NCBI GenBank assembly: GCA_951406725.2
Contig: OX597827.1
Span: 11,284,001-11,348,000 of the forward strand
Length of the DNA stretch: 64,000 bases
Reading direction: 5' to 3'
From: Octopus vulgaris
Lineage: Eukaryota
Below are positions 1 to 14,380 of the stretch, piece after piece. Both the position numbers and the translations under genes were made by a program. The first letter of the stretch is position 1; each line of letters begins with the position of its first letter. Under the pieces are notes generated by a model. It had not been told where the DNA came from and did not search any database. It worked only from the letters and a program-made list of their open reading frames with translations.

Positions 1-537
1 ATCTCTCTCTCTTTTTATCTTTCTCTCTCTCTCTCACTTTCTCCCCCTTTCTCTTTCTCATACTATTCATCTATCTATCTATCTATCCATTGATCCCTCG
101 TTAGCCCTATAATTTAATTTATACTTTATCTTGATATTTATTCTATATCACCTTAACATTGTTTTACTTTTATTTGATTTTTTTTTTTGTATATTTATCT
201 CTGTCTCCCTATGATATGTAGAAAAAAAATTGCTAGGCTTTAAAAAAAAAAGGATATATAAAGTATATGAAAATACATAAAAAAATATACAAGCTATATG
301 AAATATATTAATACAAAATAAATAAAGGAACCAGCTATTTTTGTATTAATTTAGCAATGTTTCTGAGGTTGAAATCTCTATCAATAGTCCTAGTGATAAG
401 CCATTTATATACACCTCAGGAGAATTTATTTCTCACATTTCACTGACACTCCCTGCAGTAATATAATCAATCACATAAGCATAGATTTGCATGCTCACAT
501 ACACATACACATTCATATATACATACAAACATAGAGG

Positions 538-570
<33 letters not shown>

Positions 571-738
571 GTAGTTATATTTTTAAATCATTTATATTAT
601 ATAGGCAAGAAATCGTAAAATATGAGTGTTTATATATTTACAAATATAACACATGTGTATGTGTGTATATATGTATATATATATGTGTGTGTTTACATAT
701 ATGTATATGTATACATATATATATGTGTATATGTATAT

Positions 739-780
<42 letters not shown>

Positions 781-963
781 ATATATACACACACATACAT
801 GCATATATATGTGTATGTGTGTGTATGTATATATATACATATGCCCACGCAACTGCACATACATGTGCACACTCACATACATACAAACATATATCATTGT
901 ATTATGTATATATTAATTATTTCTGATAATAGGTTACAGGAAAGTCTTTCTTTTTGCTTTTAT

Positions 964-1039
<76 letters not shown>

Positions 1040-1288
1040 ACTCATGTTCTCACTCACATTTACACACACATTTATATACATGCATGCATGCACACAAACA
1101 TACATAGACAGCTACAAACATACATGCAATTACACATAAGTAAACACACATGCACACACATACACACTTACAGACACACTAACTGACACATACACTTGCA
1201 CATCCACACACACATCTGTTTTAATGATAAGACAACAATAAAATATTTTCGATACTATATTTGATTTTTTTTTTTGAATAGCTTTCTG

Positions 1289-1342
<54 letters not shown>

Positions 1343-1756
1343 TTTTTTTTTTTTGGTTTTTTTGTTCTCATCATCTTATATTTCTAAAAAAGTATTGTAT
1401 GCTTCTACAGAGGGATTTTTATCTCAAACAGCTTTAGTAAATTGAAATAGAAGAAGGCAGCAAAGGTGAAACCATAATAAGAGAAATTCTTCTTATTATT
1501 ATTCTGTATGCTTATTTATTTAAAGACTAAAAGCAGAGCTTAGGTAATATTGACTTTATAGTAACAGTGAATACTAAACTAAATGGTAAACAAGTCTGTA
1601 TCAGTATTGATTTCTAATATTGGCACAATATCAGTGCCATGCTAGACATGGCCATACAGAGCAACTACCCAAGGGACACACCCAGAGCTACTTATCTGAT
1701 ACATGGGAATTTAATTAGGAAATCAGATTTCTGATTAAATATACCAGGCGTAGTAT

Positions 1757-1923
1757 AGGCACAGGCATGGCTGTGTGATTAAAAAGTTTGTTTCCCAATC
1801 ATAAGGTTTTGGGTTCAATAACACTGCAGGGTACCTTGGGTTATGGTTTTTTTTTTTTCTATACCTCTGAGTTCACCGAAGCCTTGTGTGAAGATTGGGT
1901 GGACAGAAATTGAAAGAAGCCAG
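1757..1923 (+). mobile_element. Diverged 5' part of SINE family A
   Basis: Aligns by eye to the head and core of the full copies (tggctgtgtg...gggttca...ccttggg...gccttgtg...gaaagaagc). Confidence 0.7.
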
Positions 1924-1965
1924 TGATTCATTTATATGTCACTGTACCACAAAGTCTATCAGATA

Positions 1966-2376
1966 CTCTCTCTTTTACTCTTTTACTTGTTTCAGTCATT
2001 TGACTGTGGCCATGCTGGAGCACCGCCTTTAGTCGAGCAAATCGACCCCGGGACTTATTCTTTGTAAGCCCAGTACTTATTCTATCAGTCTCTTTTGCCG
2101 AACCGCTAAGTGACGGGCACGTAAACACACCAGCATCGGTTGTCAAGCAATGCTAGGGGGACAAACACAGACACACAAACATATACACACACACTTATAT
2201 ATAAATATACATATACACGACAGGCTTCTTTCAGTTTCCGTCTACCAAATCCACTCACAAGGCATTGGTCGGCCCGGGGCTATAGCAGAAGACACTTGCC
2301 CAAGGTGCCACGCAGTGGGACTGAACCCGGAACCATGTCGTTGGTTAGCAAGCTACTTACCACACAGCCACTCCTG
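1966..2376 (-). mobile_element. tRNA-derived SINE family A (CORE-like), near full length
   Basis: Minus strand has a Pol III A/B-box-like head (tggctgtgtggtaag...gggttcagtccc), CORE-like gtggcaccttgggcaagt, an internal TA/TG microsatellite and the tail ggcggtgctccagcatggccacagtcaaatgactgaaacaag(taaaagag)n; more than 10 copies in the window. Confidence 0.9.
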
Positions 2377-2639
2377 TATGTTGTTACATACCACTGATCA
2401 CAATGCATGTTGCGTTGTTTTCGCTTTTGAGTGATACCACCACAATGGGTAGGTGGGTGGGTCATCATCCCCGCCCCCCTGAATAGAATTCCAGTCAGTA
2501 ACAGGGTGACCCATTTACAGCTGAGTCAGCTGGAGCAACATGAAGTGAAAGGTTTTGCTCAAATTGTGATATCAATAAATATCAAAAAATATTGATATCA
2601 AAAGTGATATCAATAAATTCCATCTGTTTCATGCATGTT

Positions 2640-3110
2640 AATGTGATGATGATGAGGAGGAGGAGGAAGAGGAGGAGGGAGTTGTTGTTGCTGTTGTTTT
2701 TGGTGGTGGTGAAGGTGGTGATGGTGAAGGAGGAGGAGGAGGAGGAAGAGAGGAGGAATGAAGAGGTGATGGTGGTGGTAGTGGAGGTGGAGGTGATGGT
2801 AATGGTTGCGGTGGTAGTGGAGGAGCAAGGAGAAGGAGGTGGTGGTGGTGGTGGTGGTTGATGGGGAGGAGGAGGAGGAGGGAGTAGTTGTTGCTATTGT
2901 TTTTGGTGGTGGTGAAGGTGGTGATGGTGGAGGAGGAGGAGGAGGAAGAAAGGAGGAATGAAGAGGTGGTGGTGGTGGTGGTGGTGGTGGAGGAGGAGAA
3001 GCAAGCGGAGGAGGTGATGGTAATGGTTGCGGTGGTGTGGTGGAGGAGCAAGGAGAAGAAGGAGGTGGTGGTGGTGGTGGTTGATGGGGGGAGGAGGAGG
3101 AGGAGGAAAA
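2640..3110. repeat. GGT/GGA low-complexity tract with ~200-bp higher-order duplication
   Basis: Block gggagt.gttgttgct.ttgtttttggtggtggtgaagg...gaggaatgaagagg recurs at ~2677 and ~2880. Confidence 0.85.
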
Positions 3111-3265
3111 CACAAGCAAGGAAATAAATATCTTTGAGAATTGACCAAGTTTTACTGGAGTACAATTATGGCTTCAACTGATATTGTGGCCCAGAAGTTT
3201 GCCTCTTTAAAGGGTTAATACAGTAGCCACTTGTAGTCAAACAGGATGTATTATTACACCACATA

Positions 3266-3663
3266 TCTTTATATATAAAAGTAAGGTTGTGTGTCTGTCT
3301 CCTACGATTTAGATTCCTAACTACTCCCACATTTTGCGGTGTAGTGTAACCAAAAGCGGGTATCTTATAGTCGTGATTCATATCGAGCCCTTCTGGGTAT
3401 TAGCGCGCATCTACGATGAGTCAACGATTAAAAAAAAATTTACCATCATTTTTTCCCATTTTAATGCATTTTTTTCGCTACTATATAAGGGAAGTAACTC
3501 TCTAAAAATGTCTACGATGAGTCAACGATTTAAAAAAAAATTTACCATCAATTTTATTTCCATTTTTAATGCATTTTTTGCTATTTTTTGGCTATAACTC
3601 TCTAAAAATGTTTATATAGTTATTTCCCTTACAAACCCGAGCAACGCCGGGCGATACTGCTAG
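3266..3663 (+). mobile_element. Non-autonomous Helitron, copy 1
   Basis: 5' TC, 3' CTAG, subterminal GC hairpin cccgagcaacgccggg, inserted between A and T without TSD; three copies share termini. Confidence 0.9.
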
Positions 3664-4597
3664 TATTTAATATTGCATTGTGAGATGGTTGCTGAAGTCA
3701 TAACAGTACCGAAAGACAAGCAACATCAACTACATTATTCACCAGATTCAGTAGAATGTATGTCCCCCATGCTAGAAAATATGCTAAATGTAGCAAACAA
3801 TGAAATAAGATGGGGACTGAGCCAATAAAAAAGCCTCTACATGGTCACTCGACATGCTAGAAATAGCAACAATATATCCATTACATCACAATATCTTAAA
3901 ATTAATGCAACATCTTGTTGACCTTAGTGGGATGTGAACTCAGAGCAGATATCTTTGGAACAAATGCCTCTTGGTGTTCTAGCCAACATTTTAATGACTC
4001 AGTCCCTTTGCTGCCTGTGTTATGTCATTACCAGTGTACATAAGCTGGTTGTATGCTTATTTGTCCATGATAGAAAACTGCTGCTTGAACAGTTTCTTGC
4101 TGTGGCTGTGGACCCAGATTTTTGTAGTCACTGATTTGATGCTGACTTATTTGATGTCATATGTTTTAATGTTTCTCTCATTCTCTCCTTTTCTTTCTCT
4201 CCTCTTTCTCTCTCTCTCTCTCTCTGTTTATGTGTGTGAGCATATTTCTCTTTATTTCCATGTGGAGAGGGAATGTATTTATGTTAATCATGTTCAGTTA
4301 ATAAAGTGTAATCTCTCTCTCTTCTTCTTTCTACCTCTATGTGTATATTTCTGTGCATGTATGTGTGGTGTGTTTGACTCCAATGCGAAAAAATACTGCC
4401 ACCAAAACAGGTTCAATGTCCAGTAAGCCTTGCCAAATCACCAGTGTTGAAGCAGCTGGTCCCAACCAACTCATCTCTGTTCCTATGGTCAGCTGATTAA
4501 CTCTGACTACTGAATTTGAACTCAGAATGCAAAAGCCAAAACAAGCATATAGCTGTAGAGAGACATAACCTGGGACTATTTAGCTTATATATATATA

Positions 4598-4866
4598 TCA
4601 TCATCATCATCATCATCATCGTTTAATGTCCGTTTTCCATCCTAGCATAGGTTGGACGGTTCAACTGGGGTCTGGGAAGCCAGAAGGCTGCACCAGGCCC
4701 AGTCTGATGTTGCAGTGTTTCTACAGCTGGATGCCCTTCCTAACGCCAACCACTCCATGAGTGTAGTGGGTGCTTTTTACATGCCACCTGCACAGGTGCC
4801 AGATGAGGCTGGAAAATGGCCACGATCGGATGGTGCTTTTTACGTGCCACCGGCATGGGGGCCAGG
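4598..4866 (-). mobile_element. SINE-like family C (RTE-type tail, (GAT)n end)
   Basis: Minus strand reads ttggcgttaggaagggcatccagc...ccaac...gctag.atggaaaacggacattaaac(gat)n; matches copies at 13.2, 15.5, 21.8 and 58 kb. Confidence 0.8.
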
Positions 4867-5242
4867 GAAACTTTTGGGGGGGAATCAAATTTTCCTTAAT
4901 AAAACACAAATAAAAAAAATATAAAAGAAAAACTTAGTGGTTTAAAACTGAGAATTAACAAAATTTTATTGGATTTCAATTATGTTTTCAACTGATACCA
5001 TGATAAGGTTTCTCATCTGATATCACAAGACATTTCTGGGAATTATCTGATATTACAAGACATCTTCAGGGATTCCAGTAATTCGCCATCATGATTGCCA
5101 CACTATTTATCAGTTCTATAAGTTGACAATAATAAGGTCTAATCCTTTTGATACTAACATGCCTGAGACCTCTCATATTTCTATGATACAAACTTCCTAT
5201 TTTAACCCTTTAACAATCAGGTCACTATGTTACAGGTTACAT

Positions 5243-6022
<780 letters not shown>

Positions 6023-6424
6023 TTCTGTGACTGTTTTGGCAGGGTTTTTACAGCTGGATGCCCTTCCTAACACCAACCACTCAGCAGAGTGGACTTAGTG
6101 CTTTTTATGTAGCACAAGCACAGGTGATGTCTGCTGGATGCCCTTCAGAAGACCAACCACTTTACAGTGTGGATTGGGTGCTTTTAAGTGGCACCTGCAC
6201 TGACAGGGTCACCAAGTACCTGCAAGGCAAAAACTTTTAAGAGGGGAGGAGGCATTGGAAGAGGTAATGATGAAAAGGTTATAGTGAGATAGGTGTAGGT
6301 GTCTTGCTGTAGAGGAAGTACAAGGTTATCTGACCAGTGGGAGGGAGAAAGATCAGAAATGGAGACAGAAACAGGTGTGCTACTGCAAAGAAAATACATG
6401 GTTGCTCAACCTGAGGGAAGTGCA

Positions 6425-6456
<32 letters not shown>

Positions 6457-6699
6457 TGGAAGACCACAAGATGGGGTTGGTGGCAAAATGCCGGGCATAC
6501 TCACAAGGAATGGGGATCAGAGCATAAATGAGAGGTTGAATAAAGGAAGAGAGAGATATAGATAGTGACAAGTGCCAGGGCATACCCTTAAGGTTCAAAT
6601 GACATAATATAAGTGACAGGATATTGCAAAAAGAGTGCGATTAAAGAATGCAAGTAAATAGTGAAAGACCTGGGTATATATATATATATATATATATAA

Positions 6700-6910
6700 C
6701 ATTAATTAAGGGTAGAAATTGATATTTATCAATTAAAACCAGTGGTCTAGCATACTAAAAAAGAATCCGAAGATTAAAATATTTATATATACCAATTAAG
6801 GACTGAACACGATTTGAGAACATAATCTTTTGTAGAGAATGGCGATTTGACGTCTATATCTAGCATGTTGACTGTCCACTTTTCGTGTTCAGTCCTTAAT
6901 TGGTATATAT
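6700..6910. mobile_element. Short fold-back element within a TA tract
   Basis: Inverted repeat tatatataccaattaaggactgaacacga (~6784-6812) / tcgtgttcagtccttaattggtatatata (~6883-6911). Confidence 0.6.
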
Positions 6911-7312
6911 ATATATATATATATACCCCACAATTCTCCAACTGTGGCAGAATGCTCACTATCATGGAATAGTTGCTTCCATGGTATGACTCTATGTTAT
7001 AAGACATACCTCATGTTAGTTACATTAGCTATACTCTTCCATGCTGGCTTAGGACATGTTGAAAGAGGGTATTAATTTTGGAGTTCTCCTTCTCCAAGAT
7101 TGACTGCTTTCACTGCAGTTAAGGAGTTCAATCTATATTGAAGGTATTGCTCATTTATGCACATTACTTTGATTTAATCATGTATTATCTTGTAGCTTTA
7201 AGATTTTGATGTGATTTCTTATTTTTATTGTGACATTGTAGGGTAGGTATGAGTGGCTGGATCTGGTCAGCTTGAATATAAAAATAGAAGACTATTTGAG
7301 CCAAATTTAGTT

Positions 7313-7732
7313 TCTCTTACTCTTTACTCTTTTACTTGTTTCAGTCATTTGACTGCGGCCATGCTGGAGCACCGCCTTTAGTCGAGCAAATCGACCCCGG
7401 GACTTATTCTTTGTAAGCCCAGTACTTATTCTATCGGTCTCTTTTGCTGAACCACTAAGTGACGGGGACGTAAACACACCAACATCGGCTGTCAAGCAAT
7501 GCTAGGGGGACAAACACAGACACACAAACTTATACACACACACTTATATATATATATATACATATACACGACAGGCTTCTTTCAGTTTCCGTCTACCAAA
7601 TCCACTCACAAGGCATTGGTCGGCCCGGGGCTATAGCAGAAGACACTTGCCCAAGATGCCACGCAGTGGAACTGAACCCGGAACCATGTGGTTGGTTAGC
7701 AAGCTACTTACCACACAGCCACTCCTGCGCCT
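7313..7732 (-). mobile_element. SINE family A, full length, nested in a TTAA-type MITE remnant
   Basis: Nearly identical to 1966-2376; the flanks (7150-7305, 7735-7758) match the element at 51218-51850 in reverse. Confidence 0.9.
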
Positions 7733-9229
7733 ATTGTTAGTGTAAATGTTAAAAGGTTCCAGGGATTTGAATTAAAGCCTTCCATCCAAATTTTATGTTG
7801 ATTTATGTTTCCAACACCAGCTTAATAATATTTTTCTTTTTTATCAAATTCTTCATTATTTTAAAAGTTAACTGAAATAAAAGCAATGTATTCCAACAGA
7901 AACAGAGTAACAAGAACTCTGAATACAAAGATGTGAAATGAATGGATCTTGCAAGCCATTTTACCCAAAAAATCTAATAATTCTACAAAATGACAAACGT
8001 ATGGTGGCCGTAATATATCAAGGATAGGGTGAAGAATATAAAGAAATACGAAGAGGGCCAAGAAATGTTTGTAAGAAGAACATTCAGAGAGGAACTGAGG
8101 ATAAGTAATATGTTTGTTTATTTGATTATAGTCAAGTAAGCATTTACTAATGTGCACGTGAGAATAACAGTTAGAGGAGATGAATCATACATGGCAAGGA
8201 AGAATTTATACCAATGGTATATTTATTTTATAATAATAGATGTATTTACTAAATGTTGCAGATAATCATGACAAAAAACTGGAAAAACAGATTAATCACT
8301 GAAAGAGGGGGGAAAAAAACATAAATATTAAATAAGAATATTAAGGTATATATTAAAAGATAGATATGGAGATAGAGTAAGAATATATCTTTATTGAACA
8401 ATAGTTTGAATAGCTGTGGTTGATATATTGTTAGTGAGCGCATCATGACAAGGGAAGACCGTTTCTGCATCAGAAAAATATTCAGTAGAATGAAGAAAGG
8501 ATATGTGGCTTACATACAGATCTATATGAATGAATAACAGTGGCATCAACTTGAAAAAGATGTAAATAACTTTTGCTTGACTATTACTAAAAAATTCATT
8601 ATCCTAACGGGGGTGGAAAATAGCATTTTGTTTGATGAATATTGTGCTATAGTCAATTGCTTTATCAACATCAAACATCTGAAAAAAAAAAAAAAAAAAG
8701 GAAAGGGGAAAGAAAAAAAAATGAAAAGAAAAAACAAAAAAAGGAAAAATTATGTGGCATTGTGTTGCGAGGTATGAATATATATATATATATATGTGTG
8801 TGTGTATATATTTATTTATTTTTCTCTCTTCTATAGAAACATTGCAACTTGCAAGAGAATGGACTAGCAATGGAAGACAGATTCAGACACAGCAGGGGAC
8901 AAAAGAGTGTGTAGCAGGAAAAGGGAAATAACGATGACAATAACAAAACAACAACAACTACAGCAACAAACAAACAGACAAAACAAACAAAAATAAATAA
9001 ATATATACATATATGTATAATGCGTTCGCAGCAACAACAACAACAACAACAACAACAACAAATGATACTGTCAACAGCAAGAACATCCACAACAATAATA
9101 TATTGAGTATAGAAATGTAAAGCAGAAAGGAGAAAAATTGTGAAAAAATGCCTATCAGTTTAAAGAATAGAAAGATGCAAGCAGTCAAATGATAGTTACA
9201 GCCTTTTCTGATATATATTACATATATAC

Positions 9230-9396
<167 letters not shown>

Positions 9397-9707
9397 CAAA
9401 CTCACATGTATGTTTTTGCTGCTTTTCTTTTGTTTTTTCTTGTGTTTTGTTTTTTGTTGTTGTTTTTTTTTTTGTAAAGATTGTAAACAAGAAATACAAT
9501 AATGAAGATGGAAGATAAAAGAGAAGATGGCGAAAGGTAACATTGAGAAGTTATTGGAAATCCTTTCACTGCAAAAGAGATGTGCACTTTGCATGTGGGT
9601 TGACTTATTAGGAATTCACTTTCAGAACTTGACATTCACGACATAATTAAGAGAGATAGGCATGTGGAACCTTCTACAAGATATATACATAGATACATAC
9701 CTACACG

Positions 9708-9782
<75 letters not shown>

Positions 9783-9995
9783 AGATATATGCGTGTGTGT
9801 GTATAAAGAGAAAGAGGGAGAGTAAGAGGAATAGAGGAAGAGAGGTACATTTCCAAAGTATTGATTCTTTGTGGGGTTTGGGGGTTGGCCTTTCTTTTGC
9901 ATATATGATATTATGGTAGTATATAAAAAACAGCATAAATTTTATGACATGTCTATATAAAATATCTGCTGTGCGAATGCATGTATGTATATAAA

Positions 9996-10033
<38 letters not shown>

Positions 10034-10096
10034 GCACACACACACATATATATGTACATATATACATACACACATATATATATGTATACACACACA

Positions 10097-10167
<71 letters not shown>

Positions 10168-10809
10168 ATAATATATATGGATATTATGTATATGTGTATG
10201 AGTATACATGCAAATAACATTTTATCACTTTTACATGCAATTTTCCATTTAATCATGAGTTGAACAGTTCTTCAAATTCACACATTTGCATAAATTGTGA
10301 GTCATATAATTTACAGATAGATGCTCTATCAAACATAAAGTAGACGAATTTCATGTTTGAGGGATCCTAGTCATTATATATGCACGCTTGTAAGAAGCAG
10401 TTTTAGCTTTTAAAGGCTGTAAGCTTAGGCATATAATTCTAGATGTTTCACGAATTTCCATTCATCTGCTTTTACATATTGCGATTAAGAAGAAAATTTG
10501 GAGGCCTTAGTAACCAGAGACCTGTAAGCAACAAAGATTTCTCCTCGCTACAAATATTGAAAGACAGTTCAACACTCAAATGCATACACACACATGTAAA
10601 TAAATGAATACACACACACACACACACACATAATATACAATTCTTTTTGGAGATGTGGATCTTGAAGCAGATAGACTACAAAAATGGTTTCACATTTTGC
10701 CACAAGGCCAGCAAGCATGGAGGAGGGGATAAAAGGATTACATCGACTCCAATACTCAGCTGGTACTTATTGTATTGACCTCAAAAGGAGAAGAGGGGAA
10801 GTCAACCTC

Positions 10810-10971
10810 AGCAAATCGACCCCAGAACTTATTCTTTGTATGCCTAGTACTTATTCTATTGGTTTCTTTTGCTGAACCTCTAGTTACAGGGATGTAAATG
10901 CACTAGCATCGGTTGTCAAGCAATGTTGGGAGTACAAACACACACAAACATATACACACACATATATACAT

Positions 10972-11007
<36 letters not shown>

Positions 11008-11130
11008 GACAGGCTTCTTTCAGTTTCCGTATACCAAATCCACTCACAAGACTTTGGTCAGCCTTAGGCTATAGTAGAAGACACTTGCCCAAGGTGTAAG
11101 CAAGCTACTTACTACACAGCCACTGTGCCT
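10810..11130 (-). mobile_element. SINE family A, partial with internal deletion
   Basis: Body, core and part of the head match the other copies. Confidence 0.8.
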
Positions 11131-11348
11131 ATTCATATATATATGTATGTATGTGAAGGTGCATGGCTCAGTGGTTAGAGTGTCAGGCTTGCAGTCATGA
11201 GGTAATGAGTTTGATTCCCAGACCAGGCTGTGTATTGTGTCTTGAGCAGTGGAATTTGAACGCAGAACGTAAAGGCAATTGAAGTGCCACTAATGATTCT
11301 ACCTGGGCACCATAAATATTTGGTTAACATTTTTTTGGGATAGAAATA

Positions 11349-11508
11349 GTCAAAAGCTGTCCATGGGACTCAAACCCACATCACTAACAATGGTGCCAAG
11401 AGTAGCACGCTCATCATGTTTACAGGAGACATGGGTTCAAGCCCCATGTGCAGCCTTTATCATTTCACTCCAAAGAGGTTTTATGCCTTGAGGTACAACA
11501 TTCAAAAA
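11349..11508 (+). mobile_element. tRNA-like fold-back repeat, copy 1
   Basis: T-arm/B-box atgggttcaagccccat preceded by an imperfect inverted copy; second copy at 13483-13645. Confidence 0.6.
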
Positions 11509-11668
11509 AATAATTACTTCTTGTTCTCTGAAACTTTATAAAATCCTTGACAATCTATCAAATTTAGTTACATGGCTTTGGTTTGCCTGATGCTACAGCA
11601 GAACACACATTTTAATGTCCTTTTTTCTATGAGTAGAATAGAAGACTGTTTTAGTATTCCATCATCCT

Positions 11669-11874
11669 TATTTCTTTAGGGCCCACAAGGGGCTAAACAT
11701 AGAAGGGACGAACAAGGACAGACAAAGGGATTAAGTCGATTACATCGACTCCCAGTGCATAACTGGTACTTAATTTATTGACCCCAAAGTCGACCTTGGC
11801 GGAATTTGAACTCAGAACGAAATGGCAAGCGAAATTCTGCTAAGCACTTCGCTCGGCGTGCTAACATTTCTGCC
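11669..11874 (-). mobile_element. tRNA-derived SINE family B
   Basis: Minus strand ggcagaaatgttagcacgccg...gagttcaaattccgcc...ggggtcaataaattaagtaccag...tttagccccttgtggg; central part resembles the Meta/MESC SINE core (from memory). Confidence 0.85.
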
Positions 11875-12328
11875 TTAATTTCATGTTAGCCCTGGTGACA
11901 AGCCCACAATTTTTAAGTTTGACTCCATCAGTTCTTCAAGTGTTGGACCTGTTGGTCCAATGCACTCAGCTGGCAAAAATGAGTAATCCTATATCTTGTC
12001 GAGAGGGTGAATATGTATATGCCTCAAAATCCTGAAAATTGGCCTCATGAGCCCATGGCTTTGATCCTTCGTCTGATATGTGTGTATATATATATATATA
12101 TAAATTAAATAAGAGATAAAACCATTATTAAGCAAATCAAACAGTGAAAGATATATTCCAAAACACAAAAATAAATATAATTAATATAATATACAAAATG
12201 AATTAAATATAAAATTTAAAATTTAAATTTATATTTATAAATTTTTACATTAAAAAATTTTTTTTTAAACTATCAAAAAGTATTAAGAAGTTTAATATAA
12301 TATAATAAGTAATATACTCCCTAATATT

Positions 12329-12388
<60 letters not shown>

Positions 12389-12735
12389 GTCAACACACAA
12401 GACAGCTATTATGGTCTCCCCCACAAAAAACCACCACGTGGATTCTGTTGAGACCAGTAAGAAACAATTATGAACTTTTTTATTATGCTTAACTTTCAAA
12501 AATATTTTCGATAAGGTTCGTTTTTTACACGAAGAACCAAAACATGCAAAATTTCTAAGAAAATTAAAATCAATCTTATATAGTGGCGTTTTCAATCTTC
12601 TTTTATATATATATATATACAACAATAGAAATATTACATTTCTAAATATCTCAGACAGATATAAGCAGTAGTTGTATGCTGACAACATAAATTTTTTATT
12701 TTTTTATTTGCATCATTGTCTCTATAGATGCAGAT

Positions 12736-12939
12736 ACAAGAGTGTGCTTAAAAGTTCCTGGCTTTGGGTAAAAAGAAAATACAACAAGAGGATCAGTTAA
12801 TTATGATTTTATTCATCATTTTCCCTTCTCAGATTCACACACTTATTGCAGTGGTCCCTTCAGTTTTTCTAAGCCCTGTAAAAGAACTTGAACGTTTGAG
12901 CCTCCAACCATTCCAGCAACTTTTCACTGCCTCCTTGTA
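12736..12939. mobile_element. Mariner-derived MITE
   Basis: TA-flanked degenerate TIRs tacaagagtgtgcttaaaagttcctgg / ccagcaacttttcactgcctccttgta; minus strand keeps a decayed mariner transposase C-terminus; sibling at 17147-17596. Confidence 0.7.
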
Positions 12940-13043
12940 TATATATATGTATATATATATGTATATATATATACCTATATATACATACATATATATATAT
13001 ATATACATGTATATATATATATGTATGTATATATATATATATG

Positions 13044-13103
<60 letters not shown>

Positions 13104-13119
13104 TAATATATATATATAC

Positions 13120-13156
<37 letters not shown>

Positions 13157-13187
13157 TATATACAGGCATACATGCTTACATACATGC

Positions 13188-13218
<31 letters not shown>

Positions 13219-13224
13219 CTTGGT

Positions 13225-13482
13225 CACCATGCCTGTGCTGGTGCTGTGTAAAAAGCATTCGGTCCACACTGTGGAGTGGTTGGTATTTGGCAGGGCATCC
13301 AGCTCTAAAAACCATACCAAAATGACCTCGCCTGCATTGGTGTCATGCAAAAAGCATTCAGTCCATTCTGCAGGGTGGTTTGTGTTAGGAAGGGCATCCA
13401 GCTGTGGAAGCCATGCCAAAACAGACACAGTAGCCTGGGATGGTCTTCTACCTGCATAGCGCCTTCTATCTGTCAAACCCAT
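13225..13482 (+). mobile_element. SINE-like family C, diverged
   Basis: Two tandem copies of the ggagtggttgg...agggcatccagc module followed by a partial tail. Confidence 0.7.
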
Positions 13483-13645
13483 GTCAAAGGCTGTCTGTAG
13501 GACTCAAACCCACATCACTAACAATGGTGCCAAGAGTAGCACGCTCGTCATGTTTACAAGAGACATGGGTTCAAGCCCCATATGCAGCCTTCATCATTTC
13601 ACTCCAAAGGGGTTTTTTATGCTTTGTGATACAACTTTCAAAACA
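13483..13645 (+). mobile_element. tRNA-like fold-back repeat, copy 2
   Basis: Close match to 11349-11508. Confidence 0.6.
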
Positions 13646-13849
13646 ATAATATATATATATATATATACATGGAAGGTAGACGTTAAATGATAATGATATA
13701 TATATATATATATACATATATACATACACATGTGTGTGTGTGTATGCATCTGCATATGTGCATGCATAAATCTGTTTGCATGCAATACACAGACTTAAAC
13801 ATAAGGTGTAGTAGAAGCATAAGAATAACTGGATATATAGGAGTGGTTA

Positions 13850-14380
13850 TAAATGGCTTACTGTTTAGCTCTGTAAATGATAGAGGCATTCTTCTTATAG
13901 ACAACATAATATATGACAGCATAGAAAGTAGACTTAGAGGAGCTGGAAAGAAGACATGAGATCTCTTGTATGTTTTGGAAACAAAGGATTTCTTTCACCA
14001 TAGGAAAAGACAGCCTATAAGTGACATGTGTAAGCAGTCGGAAGTTGTGAGACATGAGCAGTGAATGCAGTGGTGGTGAGGATGGGAATATAGATTGACA
14101 ATGGAGATATGAAGTGAATATGATTTGTTGCATGTGTAATGTTACCTTGAGAGAAAGTTTGAGAAGAATTTACTAGAAAATGTGTCTGGGCATGAAAGGT
14201 ATTAGGAGAAATTGATATGTTGATGTGCATGTGAAATGCAGAGGAATATTGCATGCTGGGAGAGGGAAAAAAATGAGAAATGGAATAGGTTTGTTGTGGG
14301 AAGATATCCAGAGATATTCTTTGGCCAAAGGAGATTTGACAAATAATATCTGGTGCAGATTTAAGAAGGCTGGTAGGCAG
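13850..14380 (+). pseudogene. Highly decayed RTE-clade LINE ORF fragment
   Basis: Frameshifted remnants such as SIESRLRGAGKK and the catgtgtaatgttacc (MCNV.L) motif follow the order of the RTE post-RT region. Confidence 0.5.

Noticed and set aside
5005-5072. Minus-strand ctgaaga...gaaac with a short direct duplication
   Set aside because: No coherent stem I, helix III or cleavage triplet
12440-12476. ctgttga-gacc...gaaacaatt hammerhead-like string
   Set aside because: The core is mutated and stem II has no 3' strand; it cannot be supported without a consensus
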